Shown piece by piece: positions 38,480-51,239 of a stretch of 64,000 bases of DNA. The first letter of the stretch is position 1; each line of letters starts with the position of its first letter. The notes under the pieces are model-generated. The model did not search any database. It worked only from the letters and a program-made list of their open reading frames with translations, and was not told the DNA's origin. Origin of the DNA: Takakia lepidozioides (lineage: Eukaryota > Plantae > Bryophyta); assembly GCA_030704615.1 (NCBI GenBank), contig CM060732.1:33728001-33792000 (forward strand). The letters run 5' to 3'. The translations under genes and the position numbers were made by a program.

Positions 38480-38979
38480 NNNNNNNNNNNNNNNNNNNNN
38501 NNNNNNNNNNNNNNNNNNNNNNNNNNNNNNNNNNNNNNNNNNNNNNNNNNNNNNNNNNNNNNNNNNNNNNNNNNNNNNNNNNNNNNNNNNNNNNNNNNNN
38601 NNNNNNNNNNNNNNNNNNNNNNNNNNNNNNNNNNNNNNNNNNNNNNNNNNNNNNNNNNNNNNNNNNNNNNNNNNNNNNNNNNNNNNNNNNNNNNNNNNNN
38701 NNNNNNNNNNNNNNNNNNNNNNNNNNNNNNNNNNNNNNNNNNNNNNNNNNNNNNNNNNNNNNNNNNNNNNNNNNNNNNNNNNNNNNNNNNNNNNNNNNNN
38801 NNNNNNNNNNNNNNNNNNNNNNNNNNNNNNNNNNNNNNNNNNNNNNNNNNNNNNNNNNNNNNNNNNNNNNNNNNNNNNNNNNNNNNNNNNNNNNNNNNNN
38901 NNNNNNNNNNNNNNNNNNNNNNNNNNNNNNNNNNNNNNNNNNNNNNNNNNNNNNNNNNNNNNNNNNNNNNNNNNNNNNN
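38480..38979. other. Assembly gap (500 N)
   Basis: Run of N. Confidence 1.
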
Positions 38980-41900
38980 CATACACCCTTCCTCCAATGG
39001 TTTGCAGCCTCTGTGGCATTCTTCTTCAAGAGTTCTTTCCAATCTTTTCTCATAGTATCCCTCTTCAACTTTTCCTTTCTCTTACTCTTTCTTTTTAGTT
39101 CTTGCTCTTCTTCTTCATCTGACTATCTTCGAGTCCTCATCTTCCTTTTTCTCTCTCTCTCCTGAGCATTCCAATTGCTCATTCTGTTCCGCAGTTTCAA
39201 ATGCCTCCTCCACTGTAGTATGGGGGAACATATCCACTTTCTTCTGCACTCTGGTCTTAGTCCACTCACAAACCAAGTCTTCTGTAAACCGGGTGCTGGT
39301 ACTGCAAGCCAGCTTTTCATCATCAATTCCATCTTCTCCATATACTCTCAACAGTTTCATGCTTCTTCTCTTCAGCTGTTGTAACTTCCATACACTTCAT
39401 CCTCAGTTTACTTGTCTGAACCTATTTCGAAATGCTGTATTCAAGCCATTCCAGGTTAGGACATGATATCAGGGAATCTGCATACCATTCCCTTGCTTCT
39501 TGATAAGTGAACAGGAAACAGTCTCATCTTGGCATCATCGCCATTCTCATTGTTCACTATACACATGTGCTCAAATTGGCGAATGTGTACATCGGGATCC
39601 CCTTTTCCTGAATATATGGAAAGGGTGGTTTGCCCGTGTTGTGTTGTAACGCCATCTTGTGGCCCTACCTTCTGCCACTGACAGGTGCTGGCACCCTGCT
39701 GGTGCTGGTCCTTCTGGACCTGTTGTTTTTGTGGTGGATCTTCCACCAAAGTGGGGCCCTTGAGCACTCCCTGTTTCTGGCCCCACGATATCACAGTATT
39801 CCCAGCTTCAGTTGCACTACTTCCACCTCCCTGTCCCCCCAGAGCCAGATCCAGGCAGCCCGCCTGATCCCCCTGAGCCGACACCTTCGTTGGCCTGTGA
39901 TCCAAGTGCTCCACTTGATCCAGTCTACGGGTTGGGATGGGATCCTGGTTGTAGTATCAACCTCAGCTGTTGGGTCTATTCTTCATATTCTTCCTCTTCC
40001 AATTTCTTCTCTGTTTTCATCATTCAAGTTCTGCCCTTGGGTTTCTTCTTCACTCATTAACTCAACTGTAATGGTGTTGGAGAGTCTGAACTCTCCGTTG
40101 GCTCTGCCACATCCTCATTCTCCTTCTCATCTTCTGCTTCAAGAAACTGGAGTTCCTGCTTTTGGTGTTCCAATGCCTTGCCAACTTTTATAAAATTTCT
40201 GTCAAATCTTTTATCCAAGGATGTACCTCAGATTTTCACCTCTTGATTGATCTTCTTCCTGTACCAATTCCCTTAATCTTTCTTGCAAAGAACCTAACAG
40301 AGAGGACGTGCATCCAACTCTAGTTCTTCCGGTATAGGTGATGCACTTTTTGATCTTGATGGTGTGAGAGGTCCAGATGATTCCCCTATGTCTATTCCTC
40401 TCTCCAAAGATATGGATAATTAGCTTTCAGATAGCTTTCCCTTTTTATGAATATCTTTGTCGTCTAGACTTCTCTTCATCACTCATGTCCCATGTCTTTC
40501 ATTTCTTTTTAATGTGGCAATAACCAAAACTCTCGTATGTTGAATATCTCTCGTATATGCCTGGATTTTCTTTCAAGCTTCAATGCACCCGGGGTATACT
40601 TGAAGTCTCCGTTACCATATAACCATATGCAAACAAGTCTGAAAAGCTGTTCTTGGTGTGAGTTTATCCACAAAAATCCTTTGGAATCCAATTCTTTACC
40701 AGTACAAGCTCTTCATGCATATGAGTATAAACATTCACCTTTCTTTCTTCCCAGCCTTCAAACTCTACTCGTTTAATGCGATAGCAATGCTATCACATTA
40801 AACCAATGTTGGTAACCAACGTGCTCTTCCTACAGGCTACTGATAAATCTTTATCACTCCTTTTCCAGACCCATTCTGATCAGCATCATGCACTCGTTAA
40901 GAATTTTTCTTTACATCCGTCTGGCAATTCCAAGAACCTTTGAAAGAACTGTTGGACAATCTTTCTTCCTTCGTTTCACAGGAATTTGATTCACTTCAAA
41001 TTCTTTAATGGGTCCACCACCATGATCCACCAGATGCCTGTCACATCTGGTTGTCATGTCCCAGTTCCCAGTATGGTCGGCAAATGTCGCGCGGCTTTTA
41101 CTCACCATCCCTTCGCTATCCGAGGCGGAAACTCAAAGATAGAAGAGTTGGAAATCTCTAAGTACTCAGCCCGCGCAGAACAAATCATCATGACCCCTCA
41201 GCTAGTGTATACATGGGGGTGTTTCCTATTTGTTCCCTTTTCGCATTTATCTTAGCTACCTTACATTGATAATAGTAATAGTTTTCCCTTCACTCCTCCA
41301 TTCAATCCACAGCTTCAAGCAGATCTCTCTACACAGTGTGATTGTATCGTATAAATATCAGATTATGATTTATCAGGATCAGGCCGAAGCCCTGTATCTT
41401 CTATTCTCCTCTACAATATCCCTCGGCTTTGCATCTAACAAGCATCTACTAATCCTCCTTCATCGTGCTCTCCGATCTCCGCTTCCGCCTGACTCCCAGT
41501 CCTCCCCGAATAATGATCTCATCATAAACCCGTTCTTCCCTTTATCCTCTATCGCGGGTTCTAACCGTTCCCTCTCTAACCTCGTATGTGAACTAACATG
41601 TTCCCTTCTCTGGTTGTTGTTCCCCACAGTCGTTCCCTGTCCTACTCTTCGTTTCCCTATTATCGTGACAGCTGTGTCAAGCGGGACTGGCTGTGTTTGG
41701 CTGTGTCGGGTTGTGGAACTGGCTGGGTGGCTATTTGCCGGGCGGTGACTGGCTGTGTGGGCTGTGTCTGCTTGTGACGACTGTGAGGGATCCCATGTGG
41801 TGGGCTGTGTTGGGCTGTGACGACTATGAGGGCTGCTGGTGTGGGCTGTGACGGCTGTGACGGGCATGTGTTGGCTGTGACGGCTGTGTGTGCGGGTTGC

Positions 41901-42128
41901 TTGTGGGCGTCTGTGACGGCTGTGTCGGGCTGGTGGGCTGTGTGGGCTGTGTCGGCTGTGTGGGCTGTGACGGCTGTGACGGTATGTGTGGGCTGTGTGG
42001 GGTGTGTTAACCCTTCTACAGTGCTCTGCTGTCACCCCTAAGGTTCCTGTTTGTCTCAGTCTGATGCAAAATTAAGGGTACCCTACAGATCCCGTATAAG
42101 TGTCTAAGTCCCCTACAGTCCTCTAACA
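38980..42128 (-). mobile_element. Gypsy copy G2: 5' LTR (41085-42128), PBS, upstream ORF and gag fragment
   Basis: Reverse-complement homolog of ~24873-27885 with many small indels. Confidence 0.88.
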
Positions 42129-44232
42129 GCTTGGAAAGAATTTAGTCCTCCGCAGTCATTCGCACATTACTACCAAATCATGCGTATTTGGCTGCCAGTG
42201 GCAACCAGGACTAAAGTTCTTCCAAACAATCGACATATTGAAGATCATCACTTTGCACAATACTGGCACGAGGCAGGTACCATGTTGAGGGATTGGTTGC
42301 TTTCCAGGTTGTACATGGACTCATTTATACCAGACCAAGGAAATAGCAAGTATTGTCATGGGGTGCGGGCTATACTACGCTGCTTGTTTTCTGATACGTT
42401 ACCACATTGAGCAACAAAGATGCAAGCACGCTTTCAAAGTTACTCCAGTGGAGATCATTGGGTATTACCTTCGGTGCCACCTCATATGTACCTATATGAC
42501 CCAAAAGTTATGATACAGAAGGATTCTCAAATTCGTTCATGGTTTCAAGCAGCCTGCAACAATTTGTCAACACAGAAATTCGGACTTGATGACATTTTCT
42601 ATAAGGGACATATCGCATGGAAATACTGCACGCTGGCACCAGTAATTGGTTACCCCACTCATTTGGACAGACAAGGAGCTCAGTGTCTACACCAATTTTG
42701 CTGTTCAACGGTTACACCAGGTCGTAAAATGCAAACTTCCAGACATGGTAGGACAGCATTGTATGCCCAAGATGATTCCACAAAAAGTTCGAAAATTAAA
42801 ACACCCTGAGGCGATGAGGATTCTGATACAACTGTTTCTTCACAGATTCTTTTGACAGGAGAAGACTATGCAATCGATGGAAGAGAAAGAACAAAGGGGA
42901 TCTCCTATGCCGGAAAGATTACCTCGATATCAGCCTCCAGAAGGCTCACTCATATCCAGGTAATGATCAACCATCTCCGTCAACCAGAGACAGACCTGGG
43001 CTCGTACACACAGCCCGCCACGAAAACTCTCAACGTCAACAAGGAGCTCACTCACAAAGGGTTGCTACTCGGAAACAGTAAACCGTGAGGACACGGCTTT
43101 TTGAGGGAGGAAGGGGTAAATGTTCGAGGACTGTAGGGGACTTAGACACTTATATGGGATCTGTTAGGGTACCCTTAATTTTTGCACAGACTGAGACCAA
43201 CAGGAGCCTTAGGGGTGACAGCAACGCACTGTAGAGGGGGGTTACACAGCCCGTCACAGTCGTCACAGCCGACACAGCCAACACAGTCCGTCACAGTCGT
43301 CACAGTCGACACAGCCGACACAGCCCACACAGACAATCACAGCCGACACAGCCCAAACAGCCCACACAGACAATCACAGCCCACACAGCCAATCACAGGC
43401 CGACACAGCCGACACAGCCAGTCACAGCTGACACAGCCAAACACAGTCGACACAGCCCACACAGCCCACACCGCCGTCACAGCCCACACAGCCCGTCACA
43501 GTCGTCACAGCCCACACAGCCCACACAGCCAGTCACAGCCCGGCACAGCCACACAGCCAGTCACAGCCCGACACAGCCAAACACAGCCAGTCACCGCTTG
43601 ACACAGCTGTCACGATAATAGGAACGAAGAGTAGACAGGGAACGACTGTGGGGAACAACACCTGTGAAGGGAACATGTTAATTCACATACGACGGTTTAG
43701 AGAGGGAAACGGTTAGAACCGCGGATAGGAGATAAAGGGAGAAACGGGGAATGAAGAGGGGATTATTATTCGGGGAAGGAGGATTTCGGAGTCATACGGG
43801 AGCGGAAGTCGGTGAGCACGATGAAGGAGGAAAGAGGATTAGTAGATGCTTGTTATATGCAAGCAGCTGTAGGGATATTGTAGAGGAGAATAGAAGACAC
43901 AATGCTTCGGCCCTGATACCTGATAAATCATAATCTGATACTTATACGATACAATCACACTGTGTAGAGAGATCTGAGTGAAGCTGTGGATTGAATGGAG
44001 GAGTGAAGGAAACCGATAAATTGATGAAGCAAACTGATACTTAATTATCAATGGTAGGTAGCTAAGATGAATGCGGAAAAGGAAAAAAATAGGAAACACC
44101 CCCATGATACACTAGCTGTAGGTCATGACTGATTGTTCTGCGCAGGCTGAGTACTTAGAGATTTCCAACTCTTCTATCTTGGAGTTTCCGCCTCGGATAG
44201 CGAAGGGATGGGTGAGCAAAAGCCGCGCGACA
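42129..44232 (+). mobile_element. 3' end of gypsy copy G5: 3' internal region, PPT (43103-43116) and 3' LTR (43121-44232)
   Basis: GAGGGAGGAAGGGG directly precedes the LTR; no PBS follows it. Confidence 0.82.
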
Positions 44233-44824
44233 GAACTGCATGGACGACTTGTGGTAACTCTGTGACAAGCCAATCATCTGGCTGTGATGGCTGTGATACT
44301 GAAGTAACTTCCTCTTCCCTCTTTGAAGGTCCTGCTTCCAATAATAGCAGTTCTCTGTGGTGTTGTGCCCCTTCCTGCACAAGAGCTTGGAAAACATTAT
44401 CATGCGGTTTCCGTGAAGCCAGTGGATCCGCCACTACAATCTTTCCCCGCCTCGGTCTCTTAGTCTGGGGTTGCCCTGCCAGTCCACCCTCACTGTGTGA
44501 AGAGCCTTGGTCTTCCATTGCAGTGGTTTCAGTCTCAAACACTCCCATCTCTTTTCTTTCTCGAGCATCAAGTATGCCAGAATCAAGAATTATTTGAGCA
44601 ATGATTGGGCCAGACACTATGATAGGAGACTTTGCGGCAGTGCCTTGTAATCTTTTCATCTCCTCTACCAGTGCGTTGTACATTATGTCCGCCCATTCTA
44701 CCTCTTCTCCTCTCAGGGCTTTGAGTATTTCCTCTGTGAAGGATCTGCTCAAATACTGTTGGTTCTGTTTCATGGCAAACAGAATGTTCAATACCTGGCC
44801 TACCTCCCTTAGCCCTGGGTACAC
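44233..44824 (-). pseudogene. Accessory ORF downstream of pol in G3, function unknown
   Basis: ORF 44824-44174 (..EEVEWADIMYNALVEEM..GPIIAQII..) on the pol strand, cut by the G5 LTR. Confidence 0.45.
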
Positions 44825-45904
44825 GGCCTTGGTACAAGCATAACCCTGAGTTTTAAAGAAACTCCCTTCTTGGAAAAGTCCCCTATTTGCAGTCTTGCCC
44901 TGTGCTCCTCCACATGCACCTGATCTGCTGGCAATCGAAACATTGCTGTAGGTATAGGGGAGTAATTTCTAATTCAACTCCCTTCACCGTTGTTGCTCCT
45001 GTCTTAGGCTCAAAGTTCTGCAAGAATTGTAACATGTACTGTCTATGGTGCAATGTCTAATCTTTGCTTTGCAATCCTTCCATCGCAGCTCCTTCAGTAA
45101 CTTACCGCCTGTGGAGTAACAATCGTTTGTTTCTGCAGGATTGTGGTGCTCTTCACCCTGATTTCTTCCATTCCTCTCACTCTCTTCATTCTAGATCCAC
45201 AGAAAGGTTTTGGTTGTAACAATTGAAGAAATGCCTGCATGGCACAAAGCATAAACGTATGGTTGCCACAAAAAGCTATGGGTAATTTCTTGTAAGCTTG
45301 CGGGGCTTGCAAGCATCGATCAAGAGAAAAGATCCGCTCTGTTCTTTCGTCCCTATGCCACTGCGTAAGTAATATTGCAAGCGTATAGTCTGTTAGTTCC
45401 TCCATAGCTTCAAAGCTATAGCATTGATGGTTTGTCCCGTCGAGACGCCCGTTACTTAGAACGACGCCGACTCTTGCGCTTAAATTCCCTCCAATTTCTT
45501 GATCCCTTTTCTGGCTTTCGATTGGCTGTAACCGCTGTGACTGGATTTTAGATTTAATTTTCTTTAGTAGACTTTCCCTGCTGGACTGTCCACTAGGATA
45601 ACACATGTGACAAGAATTTCGCTTTTCTGTGCTTGCCGTTTGTTCTGTTGCCCCTTTTCCGTATTCATTAATGGGCCCGCCATTCATCCGAATTGACGTG
45701 CTAAGTAGGTATTTTGACGGCCATTCTTGTCCTCTTTCTTGATGACATCTGTTCTTGCACTTCCTTCTCAGCTGTGTGTTGCGCCCTGACTTCCACGTGT
45801 CCCTTTCTAAACTGGCTTCCGTCCTTTCTTCCGCCGGCCATTTCCCTGAAGTTATCCCGCGTCCACCTGTCACTGATTCTATGGATTGTGTAACCCTACT
45901 AGAC

Positions 45905-46150
45905 TGTGTTGAGCTGTGACAGGCTGTGTCATACTGTGGTACGCTGTGATAGGCTGTGTTGCACTGTGGTAAGCTGTGATAGGCTGTGATATGTTGTGTC
46001 GCGCCTTGTTGGGCTGCGATAGGTTGTGTCGCGCCGTGATGGGTTGTGATAGGTTGTGTCACGTCGTGATGGGCTATGATAGGCTGTGTCATGTCGTGAT
46101 GGGCTGTGATAGGTTGTGTCGCGCCGTGTTGGGCTGTGATAGGCTGTGTC
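45905..46150. repeat. ~30-bp GGCTGTGAT-rich minisatellite in the gypsy 3' region
   Basis: Tandem GGGCTGTGATAGGTTGTGTCGCGCCGTGAT-like units. Confidence 0.8.
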
Positions 46151-49100
46151 GCTCTTGTTCTGCCCGCCCTGGTCATATATGCTCGGCTTAGCGACAAGTG
46201 CTCCATACTCCGTTGGTATCACTGGCGCCGCCCGTGACTGCTTTTGCGTTTCAACATGAAAATCATGCTGCAATGGTTTGTCATTCTCTTCCTCTGCTCC
46301 TTACCATAACTAGGTGGGCATTGACCATGAGTAAGGTAGTATCTGATTGGCCACTGCCAATCTTACCATTCATCTGCACTTCCTTGCACCTCCATTACAA
46401 ATAAACTCGCATCAGGTAACTGATCGTCTACTCCTGTGGCGGCCTCTCCTGTTGTTAGTCGTGACAAATGATCTGCCACAAGATGCAAACGGCCAGGCTT
46501 GTAAACAACTTCGAACTCAAACTCATGCAAGATTATTAACCACCTCGCTATCCTTCCACTTATCAAAGGTTTGTTCACCAGATATATCAGAGCTTGGTGA
46601 TCCACATAAAACATAAACTTTCTTCCCAATAGGTAATGCCTGAATTTCTTGACTGCATAAATCATTGCCAGTGCTTCTCTTTCAGTTGTGCTATAGTTCC
46701 TTTCAGCACTATTCATCAACCTGCTAGCATAGTACACAGGTGAATCTATATTTCCTGTAACATTCTGGGCTAACACCGCTCCCAACGCTTCTCCTGAGGC
46801 ATCACAGTGAACATGAAATACTACATGCCAGTGAGGGTTAATCAGCACAGGTGTAGTTATTATTGACAATGTAAGTTCCTCAAAAGTCTGTTGACATTCA
46901 GCTGTCCATGCAAACACTGCATCTTTCTTCAGAAGCTTGCTCAATGGTGCTGATATTTGTGCATACCTTTTGACAAATCTTCTGTAATAACTGGTTTGCC
47001 CAAGGAATCTCCTTAGACTCTTAACATTTGTTGGTGGTGGAGAGGCTTTAATGGCCTCTGTTTTCCTAGGATCCACAAGAAGTCCCCTCTTACACACAAT
47101 GTGTCCCAGAAGCACGCCTGAGTTCACACAGAAAGTACATTTCTCTGGATTCAGGCCCAAACCTCTCATCCTGCATCTGGCCAGACATAACTCCAATTTA
47201 TGCAAGTGCTCATTCTTAGAGCTGTACACACTGAAATCATCCAAGAGCACCTGCATGAAATCATCCAGATACTCATGAAAAGATTCACTTATCACTCTCT
47301 GAAAGGTTGCTGGTGCATTACAAAGTCCAAAAGGCATGACTTTGTATGCATAAGCACCCAGTCTGTGATGAAAGCTGTCTTTCCTTGGTCTTCTTCTGCC
47401 ACTTGCACTTGATTATAACCACTGAAGCCATCCATGAATGAGTACATCTCATGGCCTGCCATAGTGTCAAATACTGCTTCTGTGAATGGCAAAGGGAAAG
47501 GATCTTTCTTCGTACAAGCATTCAGCTTCTTGTAGTTCACACAAACTCTTAGTTTACCATTCTTCTTGGGAACTATCACAATGGGTGACAACCAAGTTGT
47601 ATACTCTATTGGGTATATAAACTTAGCCTCAGCCAACTTCTTGATCTCTTCTCCAACCTTATGTGCGTAGTTGGGATTCATTCTGTACCTTGCCTGCTTG
47701 ATTGGTACTGACCCTGGTTCCAGTTCAATCTTATGTTGACAGATTTCAGGTGGTATCCCTTTTAGATCCTCATAGCTCCAAGCAAATACATCTCTGTATT
47801 TGATGAACAAACTCTTAGCTTCTTCAAAGAATTCTGGCTCCAAATTAGCTCCTACCTTCACCATCCTCGGTTCCTCTTTAGTTCCCACATTCACTTCCCT
47901 CACCTGCTCATCAGCTATGATTGTCCAACCAGTCACCACTTCATCCTGTAAACTCACAGTGGCTGGTTCCTCTAGGATTTCCATTTCTCATTCTCTTTCT
48001 TCATAGAAATGTGATGGGTAACTGCTGGTTTCCTCTTCAATTGGTGTTGCTGACACTACACCACAGCAGATACCTCTTAAACAACTTAGGCTTTCCAGCC
48101 CATCTCTACAACCTGCTCCCACTCTGGGTGTGCAGCAAATAGGGTAGCTTCCTGCTCCTCATCCAGTCCTCCTCTCCAGTCATACTCTCTGACCCCTCGA
48201 GGTCTTCTCGTAGCAGGTAATCTACTAGATTTCTTTGTGGTAATTTGTATCTCGTGTATCCCATTATGCACGGTTAGTAACTGAGAATTCCAGTCATGGA
48301 ATACCCTGGCCTGTTTCAGCCACGGACGTCCCAATAATAAGGTGTAAGCCTCCATGACTTCATCCATCTTCAACACAGTTACTGTGATCATAAAGATCAT
48401 CTTCTGTATCTCCTTTGATCTGCCATTGTTACAGTAAATGGGGCTGGTTTCATGTTACTTAGACCAAGCTTCTTTCTTAATTGGTCTGTCATGATATTTA
48501 CTCCAGAGCCTCCATCTATCAGTACGTCAGTTAGTTCTGTGCTTCCAATTCTCAATTGGATTACTGGCATAGAATCATCAAAGTCCATGACTGTTTCTCG
48601 CCCTTCCGGCTTCACATTATAACTGGTCACCTTGCTGTTCAGGTCTGTGTTTCCTGTCTCCTGGGCAATTCGATTGATTGCTTGATACAGCCTGTGTCTA
48701 CAATAAGGTGCCACAGCCAATAGCTGTCCAATGGTAATCTCTGCTTGGTCTGGCATATTACTTCAGCCAAAGTCCCTTCATTACTTTGCATGTCTGCATC
48801 TTCTTTCTTCCTTTCATCCTCACTCACTTCTTCTTCTCCATCAGAATCAGAGGAATCTGCCACAGGAATATCAGTACTCTTCTGCATTTCCCTTATGGTG
48901 TCTGCCACTTCCTTGTGCAGTTCCTTCTCATCTCTCCAAGCCTCATCATCTTCAGGCATATCACTGCCACCTTCATTATCATCATCTTCCTCAACTACTG
49001 GAGGTATTAGTTTGGCTTTGCTTCTTGTTACTATCATTGTACTTACTTCTGGTACAACACATGGCCTAACCATGTGAGTTGCCACCACTGGGCCCTCATT

Positions 49101-51239
49101 CACAGGAGCTCTTATCTCATTCTGGTGTCTAATCCAGAATGAACAGGCTGCCTTGCGATGTCCTGGCTTATTACAATAGTAACATAGTTCTTCACCATTG
49201 GGTCCTCGCCCTTGGTCTGCTCTTGGATTATTTCTATAATCCTGATTCCCGGGCTGGTAATTCCCCCTTGGATTACCCTGATAGTTGCCTCTGGAATTTC
49301 CTTGGTAATTCCCTCTTGAATTACCTCTCCCTTCCATGCCATTGTTATAACCACCAGGGCCTACCATAGTGGTCCTGATCACAACTTCTTCTTGGCTGGG
49401 GCTGCACTTGATGCACCCTTACTTGCCTAGGTTCTCTAGCTGCTGTCCTTCTGTTGTAGTAACAATTCTCAGTAGAATGGTTATCCATTTTACAGATAGT
49501 ACAGTGTTTCTCCTTCATGTGGCATTCAGTGGTGGTATGGCCTTCATTCTGGCACTTTGCACACCAAACACCCTTCCTCCAATGTGTTGTAGCCTCTGTG
49601 GCATACTTCTTCAAGATTTCTTCTAATCTTTTCTCATAGTTATCCCTCTTCAACTTCTCCTTTCTCTTACTCTTCCTTTTTAGTTCTTGCTCTTCTTCTT
49701 CATCTGACTCATCCTCAGAGTCCTCATCATCCCTTTTCTCTCTCCTGAGCATTCCCAACTGCTCAATTCTGTTTGCAGTTTCAAATGCCTCCTCCACTGT
49801 ATTATGGGGTAACATATCCACTTTCTTCTGCAACTCTGGCCTTAGTCCACTCACAAACCAAGTCTTCTGTAAACCTGGTGCTGGTACAGCACCCAGCTTT
49901 TTCATCATCAATTCCATCTTTTCCATATACTCCTCAACAGTTTCATGCTTCTTTTGCTTTAACTGTTGTAAACTTCCATACACTTCATCCTCAGCTTTAC
50001 TTGTCCTGAACCTATCTCGGAATGCTGTATTCAAGCCATTCCAGGTTAGGAAATGATTATCAGGAAATCTTGCATACCATTCACTTGCTTTCTTGATAAG
50101 TGAACAAGGAAACCAATCTCATCTTGGTATCATCGCCATTCTCATTGTTCACTATACACATGTGCTCAAATTGGCTAATGTGTACATCGGGATCCCCTTT
50201 TCTTGAATATATTGGAAAAGGTGGTTTTGCCCGTGTTGGTTGTAACGCCATCTGTGGCCCTACCTTCTGCCCACTGACAGGTGCTTGCACCCTTGCTGGT
50301 GCTGGTCCTTCAGGACCTGTTGTTGTTGTGGTGGATCTTCCACCAAGTGGTGGCCCTTGAGCACTCCCTGCTACTAGCCCCACGATATTCACAGTATTCC
50401 CAGCTCTAGTTGCACTACTTCCCACACTCCCTGTCCCCCCAGAGCCAGATCCAGGCAGCCCGCCTAATCCCCCTGAGCCGACACCTTCGTTGGCCTGTGA
50501 TCCAAGTGCTCCACTTGATCCAGGTCCAACGGGTTGGGATGTCCTGGTTGTAGTCTCAACCTCAGCTGTTGGGTCTACTTCTTCATACTCTTCCTCTTCC
50601 AATTTCTTCTCTCTATTTTCATCCTCCAAGTTCTGCCCTTGGGTTTCTTCTTCACTCATGTAACTCAACTGTAATGGTGTTGGAGAGTCTAAACTCTCCG
50701 TTGGCTCTGCCACATCCTCTCCTCCTCCTTCACCTTCCGCTTCAGAAACTGGAGTTCCTTCTTTTGGTGTTCCATGCCAACTCTTATCAAAGATTTCTGT
50801 CAAATCTTTTATCCAGGGATGTACCTCAGATCTTTCACCTCGTGATTGATCTTCTTCCCGTACCAATTCCCTTAATCTTTCTTGCAAAGAAAAAGAAGGA
50901 GTGGCATCCAACTCTAGTTCTTCCGGTATGGGTGATGTACTCTCTGATCTTAATGGTGTGAGATGTCCAGATGATTCCCCTATGTCTATTCTCTCTCCCA
51001 AAGATATAGATAATTAGCTTTCAGATAGCTTTCTCTTTTTGCTGAATATCTCTGGAGTCTAGCTTCTCTTTCATCACTCATGTCCCATGTCTTTCATTTC
51101 TTTTAATGTGGCAATAACCAAAACTCTCTTCTGTAATATCTCTCGTATATGCCTGGGTTTCTTTCAAGCTTCAATGCACCGTTGGCTATACTTGAAGTCT
51201 CCGTTACCATATAACCATATGGCAAACAAATCCGCCAGG

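Larger units (their letters stand above)
44233..51229 (-). mobile_element. Gypsy copy G3 body: gag, protease, RT, RNase H, deletion of integrase, 3' accessory region
   Basis: ORFs 51001-50081, 50034-49345, 49382-48639, 47984-47292 and 47337-46363 match G1; homology stops near 46270. Confidence 0.88.

Noticed and set aside
38288-39098. ORFs spanning the N run
   Set aside because: Gap artefacts.
38980-41460. High indel density in G2 as evidence of great age
   Set aside because: The pattern of scattered 1-bp deletions next to a gap could be low-coverage sequencing error.
41460-43601. His/Ser/Thr-rich ORFs in LTRs (41460-42035, 43182-43601), also 45094-46206
   Set aside because: They are translations of CACAGCC-type simple repeats.
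43121-44232. Solo LTR
   Set aside because: It is preceded by a PPT and has no TSD, so it is a 3' LTR.
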